NCBI GenBank assembly: GCA_040376695.1
Contig: JBEIQD010000004.1
Span: forward strand, 1 to 57,815
Reading direction: 5' to 3'
DNA: 57,815 nucleotides
Source of the DNA: Candidatus Nomurabacteria bacterium
Lineage (GTDB): Bacteria > Patescibacteriota > Minisyncoccia > Phycocordibacterales > UBA5272
Of the stretch, positions 14,901 through 22,904 are shown piece by piece. Positions within the stretch are counted from its first letter, which is position 1, and every line of letters begins with the position of its first letter. A program made the translations under genes and the position numbers. The notes below the pieces were generated by a model, which saw only the letters and a list, made by a program, of their open reading frames with translations, was not told the origin of the DNA and did not search any database.

Positions 14901-14925
14901 GGTCAACCATAATTCGTTTTGGCAT
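11908..14925 (-). CDS. dnaE: DNA polymerase III alpha subunit (DnaE-type replicase)
   Basis: N-terminal PHP domain VDLHSHDCGS...NHGT; GVKFDLLGLKTLS; FNKSHAVAYT; 1005 aa. Confidence 0.9.
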   Translation of the reverse strand: MPKRIMVDLHSHDCGSIRDSIATPEQNASRAKEMGSEAVAVTNHGTMLTVPKHIDACCKHGIKPIIGVEMYETDNRKETDHHYHFLLIALNKDGYRNLMEIVSDANLNGFKRKPRTDDSVYTRLGKGILASSGCLASRIPRYIQKGELDKAREWAVKMQQSFEMFVMEIQINEVPLQRSVNREVIKLAQELGIDLIVTGDTHYARKEDKDAHDILEENYGIPYQGNTYYPRTDEEIIRKATEQGIEEAVITGAIANTNKISKLVAEYNIYKAEDEPYILPEVSNDAQSELRQLVKEGFERKMVGKPKHLLPVYAERIKREMGVIFKLGFEDYFLIVADYLKEAKAMGIPVAPGRGSSAGSLVCYMIDITEVDSIEHGLLFERFLDETRPDMPDIDSDIADARRYEVIDYLIEKYGKDKVAQVANHIFMKGKSAIKPVLKTFGVPFKESLAITNLIPDGMSVKDFYDDPMWNRTVDTKKDEQAGTVHLKKIRDIAIKFDGVIGSVGKHAGGVIITPDEIWNHFPLRTSDGYPLIEYNKKEIARIGGVKFDLLGLKTLSIIDIAVKIIKEQHDIDIDIYSLTRKMDDEEVFKLFRRGDTSTVFQFQADGLGAYTKTVQPQTFAHLVACTSMYRPAVLANGDAFEFSKRMRGASFSGENDVLSETYGILAYQEQTMQLVHKYAGWTLGFGDSLRKKSAEELEELRVKFLADTEARGYIVGMDEIWNKIVEGAGYGFNKSHAVAYTMISYITAWLKVHYPLEWYCANLTKEIGDDEKLSRFVRELKHREIEFMLPRYNFSVDRFIPIDGKIAFPAFMIKGLGEKAVEAMEVLKDVPLDEYFTTLAARKDLKLNIGHIFTLIQLGVFGDDRETMLENYLASRKDSPKVREANRERYNKMSKPMEELEKEHFGMYISKHPLDEFHFRSLTHFEDQQPALLGGTVIKAKTHIDKKGNEMAFLSLETQFGVYEGVAFSNQWSKLKEVLVKGKLVKVHCKRDGEKFIVNSAEQI

Positions 14926-14941
14926 ATTCTCACTCCTTTTT

Positions 14942-14962
14942 TGACATAGTAATATATACCCG
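14942..14962 (-). promoter_or_regulatory. Conserved box (aCGGGTATATATTACTATGTCA) upstream of dnaE
   Basis: 16 nt upstream of ATG 14925, directly followed by the AAAGGAG SD. Confidence 0.55.
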
Positions 14963-14978
14963 TTTTATCAACAAACTA

Positions 14979-15013
14979 AACCCCTTCTATACCACCAAGG
15001 TACAAAAGGGGTT
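14979..15013 (-). terminator. Hairpin/terminator after the 15020 gene
   Basis: AACCCCTT ... AAGGGGTT stem with a 19-nt loop; T-rich tail is weak. Confidence 0.4.
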
Positions 15014-15019
15014 AATCTG

Positions 15020-15520
15020 TTATAGTGAATATTTAGCCCGTAAAGCCTGTGAAACTGTCCGGGTCGGAACACCGTGCTTCTTCATCCGGCGACGGATTGT
15101 AGCTTCATCAACTCCTAGGAGAGAGCCAACTTCTCGTAATGATAGGTTAGCCGTGTAGTAAGCGTCGATGATAAACGGGATGTCGTCATTCAGTGCTTGC
15201 TCGTTAATTGTCAGCGTGAAGTTTGTGTTGTCCCGTGGTCGATGTTCTGTTGGGATAGTATACGAACTGAGAGTGCCGATTAAATCATCTAGGTCATCAT
15301 CGAATACTGCAACTGCTTCAAAACTTGGCACACGCTCTAAGTCTGAAAAGAGAACGAACTGTTTTTTACCACTTTCATTTTCATATTGGTAGTATGTTTC
15401 GGTTCGTAGTGTTACAGTTTGACCTGTCGCTGTTACAATTTCACCTCTGGTAAATGAGTGGTGAAAATCTTCGTTGCCAACTACCTCAAACACATCACCT
15501 TTTAAAACTTTCTCGCTCAT
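15020..15520 (-). CDS. DNA-binding protein: N-terminal small beta-barrel-like domain plus C-terminal HTH
   Basis: C-terminus LSLREVGSLLGVDEATIRRRMKKHGVPTR (HTH); N-terminus KGDVFEVVG...GEIVTATG. Confidence 0.5.
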   Translation of the reverse strand: MSEKVLKGDVFEVVGNEDFHHSFTRGEIVTATGQTVTLRTETYYQYENESGKKQFVLFSDLERVPSFEAVAVFDDDLDDLIGTLSSYTIPTEHRPRDNTNFTLTINEQALNDDIPFIIDAYYTANLSLREVGSLLGVDEATIRRRMKKHGVPTRTVSQALRAKYSL

Positions 15521-15930
15521 TCGTCATCTTCCTCTCTTTGATTGAAGCGTTCAGCATTGATTTGTTCGGACAACTTCTCGTCCTTATACATCATTACCCG
15601 TCCGTTAGGTTGTTTAAACATCTGGTAGATAATCCAACCTTGCTTGATGATACGGACTGCATAGATGCACCGGGTAAGCCCGGTAACATCCATGTAATCG
15701 CATAACCGTCCATAACTTTTGTCGATGATGTGTTGGTCAAACCCTTTCAAGCGGTCAACTTTAATCGCTGTGACATTGCCATCTACGATGTGCAAGAGGT
15801 CTACGAACTCATTGCTTGCTCTGACTTGGTGAATCTTACCTCCAAAGAGGTATTCAAAGTAAGGTTTAAGCTCGTAGATACTTGGCGTTTTACTGCGACG
15901 ACCTTGCTTGTTCTGTCTGTCGGGTCGCAT
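15517..15930 (-). CDS. hypothetical protein (137 aa)
   Basis: ORF with 4-nt overlaps on both sides. Confidence 0.55.
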   Translation of the reverse strand: MRPDRQNKQGRRSKTPSIYELKPYFEYLFGGKIHQVRASNEFVDLLHIVDGNVTAIKVDRLKGFDQHIIDKSYGRLCDYMDVTGLTRCIYAVRIIKQGWIIYQMFKQPNGRVMMYKDEKLSEQINAERFNQREEDDE

Positions 15931-16304
15931 TAGAAATCAACTCCCGGTCGTTTAATGACTACTAAATCTTTCTTGTGATACCAGTAGCCGTTGTGTTCAA
16001 AAGTATCATCGTTCAAGTCGATGTCGTTAAGGAGGGTAAATTCTGCTCCTTTTTTCTCCATATCTTCTTTAGCCCAAGAGAGAGCTTTGGTTGTATGCTT
16101 CTTACTAACGAGCCGGACTGTATCACCTTTCTTTGGTTTTAAGAGTTTTACAATGTTCATTTGGACGTACCAATCTGCGTCATGGTTTGAAAACTTTGGA
16201 ATTTTGCTACCATCATCGTGAATCAACTTTACAACCGAACCTTTCTTAAAACTTAGCATATCCGCTTTCATCTTATACAAAGCACCTTCAACTTTTTTAG
16301 CCAT
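15930..16304 (-). CDS. small beta-barrel (KxGD) repeat-family protein (124 aa)
   Basis: FKKGSVVKLIHDDGSKIPKFSN...WYVQM and KKGDTVRLV; same repeat type as the 16476..17657 product. Confidence 0.55.
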   Translation of the reverse strand: MAKKVEGALYKMKADMLSFKKGSVVKLIHDDGSKIPKFSNHDADWYVQMNIVKLLKPKKGDTVRLVSKKHTTKALSWAKEDMEKKGAEFTLLNDIDLNDDTFEHNGYWYHKKDLVVIKRPGVDF

Positions 16305-16305
16305 A

Positions 16306-16479
16306 TCATTTTCCTCCTTTATAAGTCAAGAACAATAGAGTAATGAACATCGGTAAACCTACTAGCATAAGAAGCAGGTTAGCCATGAATGGAATTTCCT
16401 GCTCCTTTGGTGCTAAGAGGTTACTAGCAAATACAATCGCTAGATTAAAGAGAAAGTAAGTTGCTAAAGCGTAAATCAT
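16306..16479 (-). CDS. small membrane protein (57 aa, below the track cutoff)
   Basis: Hand-translated: MIYALATYFLFNLAIVFASNLL...LLLMLVGLPMFITLLFLTYKGGK; ATGA overlap upstream. Confidence 0.5.
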   Translation of the reverse strand: MIYALATYFLFNLAIVFASNLLAPKEQEIPFMANLLLMLVGLPMFITLLFLTYKGGK

Positions 16480-17657
16480 TTTTTCAACTCGCCTTTCAAA
16501 CCGAGATGCTCAACTTCACTTTGCTTAGTCCAGTTGCCGTTGCCGCTTGTACGACCGGGTACATCTACAGTGAATGTGCTATCTCCGATGACACTAGAGC
16601 TGATTACCCCGATGTCTCCTACTTTGTTACGGCTGTTGTTAGTGTTGCCTGTGATGCGAACGATGTCACCTGTTTCAAACTTAGGTTTAGCCGGCTCTAC
16701 TTTGTCTTGCGCTCCACCCGGGATTGGTTGAAGTCGTGAAAGGTGAGTGTATGCTTCAAAACCATCACTGAGTCGTTTAACTTTTGGGATGTCGTCACCT
16801 TGCAATCGAGTCAGCTCAACTTTATCGCCTTTTTTGAATCCAGAAGAAGGGTCTACAACGATATAGTGACCGCCTAAAACTTGCTTTGGTTTCTTATCGA
16901 CTCGTACCAAGTCTTCGATTGCGTAAGATTTTGTAATACCGTTATGCTCTGCTCGAACAATCTTGCCGTTGTGACCTGTGATTTCTTTAACTAACACCTT
17001 TTGACCAACTTTAGCCATAACATCTGTGTGATGGTGACGAGAATCAGTGATGTCAGTTCCGATTACGATTGCCTTTTTACCTACTTTTAATTTTTTCAAT
17101 TTGCTATCCCCTTTCGGTTTGAGTTCGATTCGGCTCATGTACATCCAAGCTGTACGACCTGTTGATTCAGAACGGAAGCGTGGCATACTACTACCATCAT
17201 CTTGAATCAACTCGATAATTTCACCAGTTGAAAAGTCGCTGTCTCCGTCTGTTACGATATATTTTGCCCCTACGATTTTTTCTGCCAATTTAATTTCCCC
17301 TTTCAATTCTACGTTATTGAACTCGACTGTTTGCTCCATACCAGAATCGCTTCGGAACTCTCCATAACCCTTTGGGCTAATCGAACGGAGAGTGACTTCT
17401 GTGCCTAAGTCATAATAGTTTGTAATCCCGTCTAAACCACGGTTACCTGTGATAATATACTTTCGACCGATAATCTTTTCTGCCATTTCAACTCGTTCGA
17501 GCTTGCTCATTTGAACCCAATAATGTTCTCCTTTCGGGTTGGTAAACATTGGCATTTCAGTTCCATCATCATTGTGAAGGATTGCAACGTCTCCTTTTTT
17601 AAATCCTGTACAATTTTCTTTTACAATATACTTGTCGCCTTCTTTTCGTGTAGTCAT
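16476..17657 (-). CDS. six-fold tandem-repeat protein built from about 65-aa KxGD/DDGSxxPxF modules
   Basis: Repeats such as KYIVKENCTGFKKGDVAILHNDDGTEMPMF, KYIVTDGDSDFSTGEIIELIQDDGSSMPRF, HYIVVDPSSGFKKGDKVELTRLQGDDIPKV; ATG 17657 after GGAAGGGG. Confidence 0.6.
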   Translation of the reverse strand: MTTRKEGDKYIVKENCTGFKKGDVAILHNDDGTEMPMFTNPKGEHYWVQMSKLERVEMAEKIIGRKYIITGNRGLDGITNYYDLGTEVTLRSISPKGYGEFRSDSGMEQTVEFNNVELKGEIKLAEKIVGAKYIVTDGDSDFSTGEIIELIQDDGSSMPRFRSESTGRTAWMYMSRIELKPKGDSKLKKLKVGKKAIVIGTDITDSRHHHTDVMAKVGQKVLVKEITGHNGKIVRAEHNGITKSYAIEDLVRVDKKPKQVLGGHYIVVDPSSGFKKGDKVELTRLQGDDIPKVKRLSDGFEAYTHLSRLQPIPGGAQDKVEPAKPKFETGDIVRITGNTNNSRNKVGDIGVISSSVIGDSTFTVDVPGRTSGNGNWTKQSEVEHLGLKGELKK

Positions 17658-17662
17658 ATATC

Positions 17663-17890
17663 TTATTCCCCTTCCGGAATGAATTGTTCTTCTGTCAACC
17701 ACTGAGTCTCTCCAGTTAAAATCGAGCGGCAAAAATAATGTTGTTCGCTGATTCCGTCGTCTTCGATGCGAATGACTTCTACTTTTTCATTTTGGTCAAA
17801 ATCGTGAAACCAACCGGTAAAAATGTCTCGCTGTTCTACCGCTTTACCTTTTTGTCCTACACGATGTTTGAATGTTGTCATTTGAATCAT
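17663..17890 (-). CDS. hypothetical protein (75 aa)
   Basis: First ORF after the box at 17902. Confidence 0.55.
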   Translation of the reverse strand: MIQMTTFKHRVGQKGKAVEQRDIFTGWFHDFDQNEKVEVIRIEDDGISEQHYFCRSILTGETQWLTEEQFIPEGE

Positions 17891-17901
17891 CCTTCCTTAC
17901 T

Positions 17902-17922
17902 GTGATAGTAGTATTTACCCCG
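17902..17922 (-). promoter_or_regulatory. Conserved box, exact copy (CGGGGTAAATACTACTATCAC)
   Basis: 11 nt upstream of the SD and start of the 17890 gene. Confidence 0.6.
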
Positions 17923-17942
17923 TGTGAGAAATCTTAAACCTT

Positions 17943-18968
17943 TTATTCTAGGTCATCGAAATCTGAGTCTGCCACCTCGCTGTAACTTGTCACTGTACGC
18001 TCAAAGAAATCGGTGAATACATCGGTGTTGCTACCGAATGCTTTAAGCCATGGTACAGGATTGTTAACTCCGATAGCCGGATAGATATGCTCTAATCCTA
18101 ATGAGCTAGCCCGGATGTTAGCGTTGTATTCAATGAAGGAAACAAAGTCTTCAACGTCGGCTTCCTCTACTGAACTGACAGCTCGTTTAATCCATTTCTT
18201 CTCTAGCTCTGTTGCTTGCTTCAAGAAGTCTTTCGTGAACTGATTGAACTCTACCGTGTTGTACTCCGGGTTCTCTGTGAGGATAGCCCGTAGTGTATGA
18301 GCGATGATATAAGCGTGTAAATTCTCGTCACGATGAATGTATTGAATCATCGACGCTGTACCTTGCATCTTGTTTGACTTAGCTAGGAGATAGAAGAATG
18401 TAAACCCGGAGAAGAAGAAGATACCTTCCAGAGCCATGTTCGCTACGAACGTTTTCAAGAGTGTTTCCATGCTTGGATTCTCTTTGAACTCGTCGTAAAT
18501 GTCGAACACCAATTGCATACGCTCCATCATTTCTTCATCTGTACGAGCTACATCGAAAATCTCTCGTTGCTCCTGCTTGCTCACTAGCGTTGAGAAAGTG
18601 TAAGAGTATGACTGATTATGAACTGCTTCTTGACTAGCGATTTCTGCGAATACAGCAGAGACAGCCGGGTTCGGAATAGTACCCATGACATCATAGATGT
18701 AACGAGTCTGTACCGAGTCCAAAACAGCGAGTGAGCCGATGATACGTTTGTACGCTTCTCGTTCTCCATCGGTTAACTTACTGCTGTAATCTTTTAAATC
18801 GGTTGACATACTGACCTTTTCTGGAATCCATAAGTTCTCTCGTAGCCGCTTATAGAAATCGTAGAATTGCTTTGGTGCTTGATTCCAGTCCAAGATACCG
18901 GATGATTCACCGAAAATCTTGAACGCTTCGTTATTGGCATCGGTTTGTAAATATTTAATTTTTCGCAT
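17943..18968 (-). CDS. nrdB: ribonucleotide reductase small (beta) subunit, class I
   Basis: Di-iron ligand motifs EAVHNQSYSY, EGIFFFSGF, HRDENLH; acidic C-terminal tail. Confidence 0.85.
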   Translation of the reverse strand: MRKIKYLQTDANNEAFKIFGESSGILDWNQAPKQFYDFYKRLRENLWIPEKVSMSTDLKDYSSKLTDGEREAYKRIIGSLAVLDSVQTRYIYDVMGTIPNPAVSAVFAEIASQEAVHNQSYSYTFSTLVSKQEQREIFDVARTDEEMMERMQLVFDIYDEFKENPSMETLLKTFVANMALEGIFFFSGFTFFYLLAKSNKMQGTASMIQYIHRDENLHAYIIAHTLRAILTENPEYNTVEFNQFTKDFLKQATELEKKWIKRAVSSVEEADVEDFVSFIEYNANIRASSLGLEHIYPAIGVNNPVPWLKAFGSNTDVFTDFFERTVTSYSEVADSDFDDLE

Positions 18969-19200
18969 TGAACAACTCCTCGATGTCTTGTGGCTTGAAA
19001 CCTGTTACCCGTTTAACCTCTTTACCCATATCGTCAAGAAGTAAAACCACCGGTACTCCTGTAATCATATAATGCTGTGCAACCTTTGGAAGTTCTTCGA
19101 CGTTAACAACTTCATCCGGGCTGACTCCTAGAATCTTGAAGAACTCGTTAACTTGGTTACATGGCATACAGTTGTGTTTTTCAAATTTAATAATTTGCAT
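18955..19200 (-). CDS. NrdH/thioredoxin-like redoxin (81 aa)
   Basis: CMPC redox motif near the N-terminus (KHNCMPCNQ); ATG 19200 after GAGGAGG; adjacent to nrdB. Confidence 0.6.
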   Translation of the reverse strand: MQIIKFEKHNCMPCNQVNEFFKILGVSPDEVVNVEELPKVAQHYMITGVPVVLLLDDMGKEVKRVTGFKPQDIEELFNAKN

Positions 19201-19201
19201 T

Positions 19202-19369
19202 TTAATTATCCTCCTCTTGGTCAAAAATATCTTTATAAACAAGAACTGTGTCTCCGTTGTCATTCTCGTCCACTAAAAAAATTCTATTATCGTAGACTAC
19301 CCAAACTTTATACATTTTCCCTTTAGTAATACCCATTGTTTTGTTTGTGATTTTCGCTGTTAGGTTCAT
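19202..19369 (-). CDS. small protein (55 aa, below the track cutoff)
   Basis: Hand-translated MNLTAKITNKTMGITKGKMYKVWVVYDNRIFLVDENDNGDTVLVYKDIFDQEEDN; AAGGAGG upstream. Confidence 0.45.
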   Translation of the reverse strand: MNLTAKITNKTMGITKGKMYKVWVVYDNRIFLVDENDNGDTVLVYKDIFDQEEDN

Positions 19370-19381
19370 TTGTATCATCCT

Positions 19382-19401
19382 CCTTAGTAGTATATACCCA
19401 A
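19382..19401 (-). promoter_or_regulatory. Conserved box (TTGGGTATATACTACTAAGG)
   Basis: Immediately downstream of the nrdA terminator and abutting the next SD. Confidence 0.5.
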
Positions 19402-19417
19402 AAAGAGAAGGGATAAA
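19389..19417 (-). terminator. Rho-independent terminator after nrdA
   Basis: Minus strand: AGAGAGGGG-tttat-CCCTTCTCT followed by TTTTT. Confidence 0.6.
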
Positions 19418-19429
19418 CCCCTCTCTCGT

Positions 19430-21886
19430 TTAGGTACAGCTCTCACAATCTAAATCATCTACAGTATCATCTTTACTGCGAATGTAATAGGTTGACTTCA
19501 ATCCATGCTTCCAAGCTGACATATGCAAAGCATATAGCTCACTCATTTTAACTGACTTCTTAACATAGAAGTTAAACGAGATAGCTTGGTCTACGAACCG
19601 TTGAATACCTGCCGTTTGTTTAATCATTTTCAACTGGTCATAGTCACTGGCATTCTTGAAGAACCAATACGACTGACTGACGAATCCACCACCGGTTGCC
19701 ATACATTTAACGCCGTCTTTATCCAAGACGAAAGCCCGTTGAAATGCAGGGTCGTGAGATGGACTGACACTGGCGATATGAGAGATAGTAGCGTTCGGTG
19801 CAACTGCCATGACATAAGCGTTTCTCATACCGTAGCGCATTACATCTTTTTTTAACTGAACCCAACGCTTGCTCGTTAAGCCGTGTTCATCGAACCACGT
19901 TCCATCAGACCATTTACTTTCGTAGAACGCCGGGAAGTGACCACGTTCCTTAGCTAGCTCCATGCTTGCCTTGATAGAGAAGTAAGCAATATCGTCGTAT
20001 AGTTTGTTCATAAACTTACGAGCTGTCTTGCTGTCAAACTCTTTCCCCTCCAGAGAAAGCAACGTGTGTTTACCCATTGAGCCTGCTCCGATAGGACGAT
20101 ACTTCATGTTGGTAATCTTAGCTTCCGGTACAGGGAACTGATTCAACTCGATTACGTTATCCAAAGCACGAATCTGTAACTGGATTGTACGCTCCAACTT
20201 AGCCCGGTTGTACTCCGGCTGATAGTAGATTGAAGGAAGGTTCAAACTAGACAAGTTACAGACGACATAATCACCGGCTGTAAAGTGTTTCGTATACGTT
20301 CCATCCTCGTTGATTACAAATCCTTCTGCCTGTGTCGGTGTCATGTTTTGCATGATTTCTGTACACAGGTTACTCGAATAAATAATCCCTTCCTTCATCG
20401 TGTTCTTCCGGTTGACTGTATCACGGTAGAACATATACGGCGTTCCTGTTCGCTTCTGTTCTCCGATAATCAACTTCATCAAATCGAGAGCAGGCATCTT
20501 CTTGTAGCGAATCAACCCGTCGTCTGCCATCTTAACAAGCCGCTCGTAGTTCCATGAGTAAGCGTGTCGTACAGGGTCTACTGGCTCACCTTCTTGCAGT
20601 TTAGAAGCATCGTAGAAATCTTCTAACCCACGACCTAAGATAGCTTTCATATCTTTAGGGTCGAACATATACCACTGTTCCCGGCTCTCAACCTTTCTCA
20701 TAAAGATGTCCGGTACACAAACACCTAAGAACAGGTCATGTGTCTTCCGGCGTTGGTCACCGTTCTCGCTCTTGGCTTCAATGAACTCTACGATGTCTAA
20801 ATGGTGCAAGTCAAGGTATACTGCAATAGCACCTTTACGAATACCACCTTGGTTAACCCCGTTTGCAACCTCGTTTAACTGGCGCATCCAAGTGATAACT
20901 CCTGTGCCTACTCCCTTCTGCAATCCGATGTCAGCCCCTACTGAACGTAGCTTACCAAGATATACAGCGATGCCGCCACCGGATTTACTCAATTCTGCTG
21001 ACGAGTTAACCGTGTGGTAAATTGAAGTCAAGTCATCCTCCATCGTGTCGATAAAGCAAGAAGACATCTGACCGCTTGTACGACCTGTGTTAGCGAATGT
21101 CGGTGTAGCAAGTACAATCTTAGTGGTTACAAGAGCCATATACATTTCTTTAATGAGTCCAAAAATAGGCGTGTAAGCGAGTGGGAAGAACCCGGCATAG
21201 TTCGGCTTAACTGAGATACGTTCACCCATCTTAGGCTTTTTCATCGTATAGTCGTACATCATCAAGAATCCGGAAATCATAAACATCCGTTCTTCTGGTG
21301 TTTCGAACACTTTACCGTTTACTTTGCCAAGATACTTATTCTCTAAGATTCTTGCTCCTGCATAGGAGATAGCTGTCATTTCAATCTGTCGGTTGCTGTT
21401 GTAGACCTTATCAACTTTAGGGTAGGTTAACCCCTTCTTACTTGTGTGTGTCATCTCTAGCAACGTCAGAGCGTCACTGGCATAGATACGTTCTTTAACA
21501 CCGAGGTTAATCAGTGACGAAATGTACCGGTCACCTCCTGCTTCCTCCCGGTTGTCTAGTGCTTCCCGACGTAGATAAGAGAGGTACAAGTCTCCTGCAA
21601 GATAGTTATGCTCCGGTGTCATTGCCGAGATAGTTTCTGAAATAATTTCTGCCGACTTCTTGTAAACAACTTTGTCCTCTACTTCCTTTCCGTCAAAGTG
21701 CTTAAAGATTTTTTCAATGAACAGTGAGTGGTCGAGTAACTCAAAGTTAATGTGTGGAACTCGCTCTGCTTTGGCGTGTACATTCTCCAATAAGAAACTG
21801 AGTAAGCCCCTTGTTGTTTTAATTTCTACTGGTTTAGTTTGGCGCTTGTAGAACATTCCTGTGCGCTTAATAATTTTAATAGCCAT
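19430..21886 (-). CDS. nrdA: ribonucleotide reductase large (alpha) subunit, class I
   Basis: Active-site SSNLCTEI, C-terminal redox pair CESCT; 818 aa from ATG 21886. Confidence 0.9.
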   Translation of the reverse strand: MAIKIIKRTGMFYKRQTKPVEIKTTRGLLSFLLENVHAKAERVPHINFELLDHSLFIEKIFKHFDGKEVEDKVVYKKSAEIISETISAMTPEHNYLAGDLYLSYLRREALDNREEAGGDRYISSLINLGVKERIYASDALTLLEMTHTSKKGLTYPKVDKVYNSNRQIEMTAISYAGARILENKYLGKVNGKVFETPEERMFMISGFLMMYDYTMKKPKMGERISVKPNYAGFFPLAYTPIFGLIKEMYMALVTTKIVLATPTFANTGRTSGQMSSCFIDTMEDDLTSIYHTVNSSAELSKSGGGIAVYLGKLRSVGADIGLQKGVGTGVITWMRQLNEVANGVNQGGIRKGAIAVYLDLHHLDIVEFIEAKSENGDQRRKTHDLFLGVCVPDIFMRKVESREQWYMFDPKDMKAILGRGLEDFYDASKLQEGEPVDPVRHAYSWNYERLVKMADDGLIRYKKMPALDLMKLIIGEQKRTGTPYMFYRDTVNRKNTMKEGIIYSSNLCTEIMQNMTPTQAEGFVINEDGTYTKHFTAGDYVVCNLSSLNLPSIYYQPEYNRAKLERTIQLQIRALDNVIELNQFPVPEAKITNMKYRPIGAGSMGKHTLLSLEGKEFDSKTARKFMNKLYDDIAYFSIKASMELAKERGHFPAFYESKWSDGTWFDEHGLTSKRWVQLKKDVMRYGMRNAYVMAVAPNATISHIASVSPSHDPAFQRAFVLDKDGVKCMATGGGFVSQSYWFFKNASDYDQLKMIKQTAGIQRFVDQAISFNFYVKKSVKMSELYALHMSAWKHGLKSTYYIRSKDDTVDDLDCESCT

Positions 21887-21887
21887 T

Positions 21888-22904
21888 TTAACCTCCATTT
21901 TCTTTGAGCCATTTACCTGCTCTAATCTTATTTTGATATGCTGTCTCTAGTTCTTCAAACGTACAGTCATCTGCATCTTTACCCAAAGGGAACTGCATTA
22001 CAAACATATCGAACAAATGACCAAAGTTTGTAATGATACGCTTCATCCCTTCTTTTCCTCCATCATCTGCATCCATAGCCAAAACCATCTTTGTAGCATG
22101 ACGGGCGCATAAGTGAGCCTGCTGTTCGGAGAAGTACGTTCCGATAGGTGATACAGTATTTTTAATTCCTGCTTGATAAAGTTTAGCACAATCGAAAACC
22201 CCCTCTACTACAATGACTTCATCTTTCTCTACAATGTGCTTCCGATTGTTGACTAACAGTGGCATGAACCAACCCATCTTTAACCCGGTCTTAGGAATGT
22301 GCATCCATTTGGGATTGTCTCGCTTGTCAACCTCTTTCGTTGTTCTGCCGGTCATACCTACGAGAGTGCCATCTAAGTCATACAATGGACATACAACCCG
22401 GTCTGCTAGCTCACCTTTAGTGCATAGTAGAATCTTGAAGTGCTTCATCGTTTCTTCATCGTAGCCACGGAATGATTTAATCTTGCTAAACTCCATGTCC
22501 GATAATTGATACGGTTGAATCTTTTCTTTACGTTTTTCACTGAGCCGCTTCATTGCTTTGATTACTTTCTCTGAACTGAAACCCAAGTTCTCCCGGGTAA
22601 TCTTAGCATCTGTAACCTCGATGTCAAAGATTTCTGAAAGGACTTGAATCGCTTCCGGAAAAGAACAGTCTTCAACGTGCTGTACGAGAGAGATAATATC
22701 CATCCCACCACAGTGAGTGTGGCAGTAACCTACTTTCTCCTCTGTGTTGAAAACTAGTCCTGTGGGGTTATCTCCACCGTGACAGAATGTTTTACTACGA
22801 ATATTCCTTGCGCCTGCTCCCTTGTACTGAATACCGTAATGGCTGAATACTTTTTCAACGTCGATGTGTTCTTTAAATTCACTTGAATCAATCTTGCGAG
22901 CCAT
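21888..22904 (-). CDS. dnaG: DnaG-type primase (zinc finger plus TOPRIM)
   Basis: CHGGDNPTGLVF...CHTHC zinc-binding motif; TOPRIM VIVVEGVFD ... LAMDADDGG. Confidence 0.8.
   Translation of the reverse strand: MARKIDSSEFKEHIDVEKVFSHYGIQYKGAGARNIRSKTFCHGGDNPTGLVFNTEEKVGYCHTHCGGMDIISLVQHVEDCSFPEAIQVLSEIFDIEVTDAKITRENLGFSSEKVIKAMKRLSEKRKEKIQPYQLSDMEFSKIKSFRGYDEETMKHFKILLCTKGELADRVVCPLYDLDGTLVGMTGRTTKEVDKRDNPKWMHIPKTGLKMGWFMPLLVNNRKHIVEKDEVIVVEGVFDCAKLYQAGIKNTVSPIGTYFSEQQAHLCARHATKMVLAMDADDGGKEGMKRIITNFGHLFDMFVMQFPLGKDADDCTFEELETAYQNKIRAGKWLKENGG

Noticed and set aside
19430-21886. The large RNR alpha subunit (818 aa) or DnaE possibly carrying an intein or homing endonuclease.
   Set aside because: The sequences read as continuous enzyme. 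No intein splice-junction blocks and no LAGLIDADG or HNH motifs were seen.
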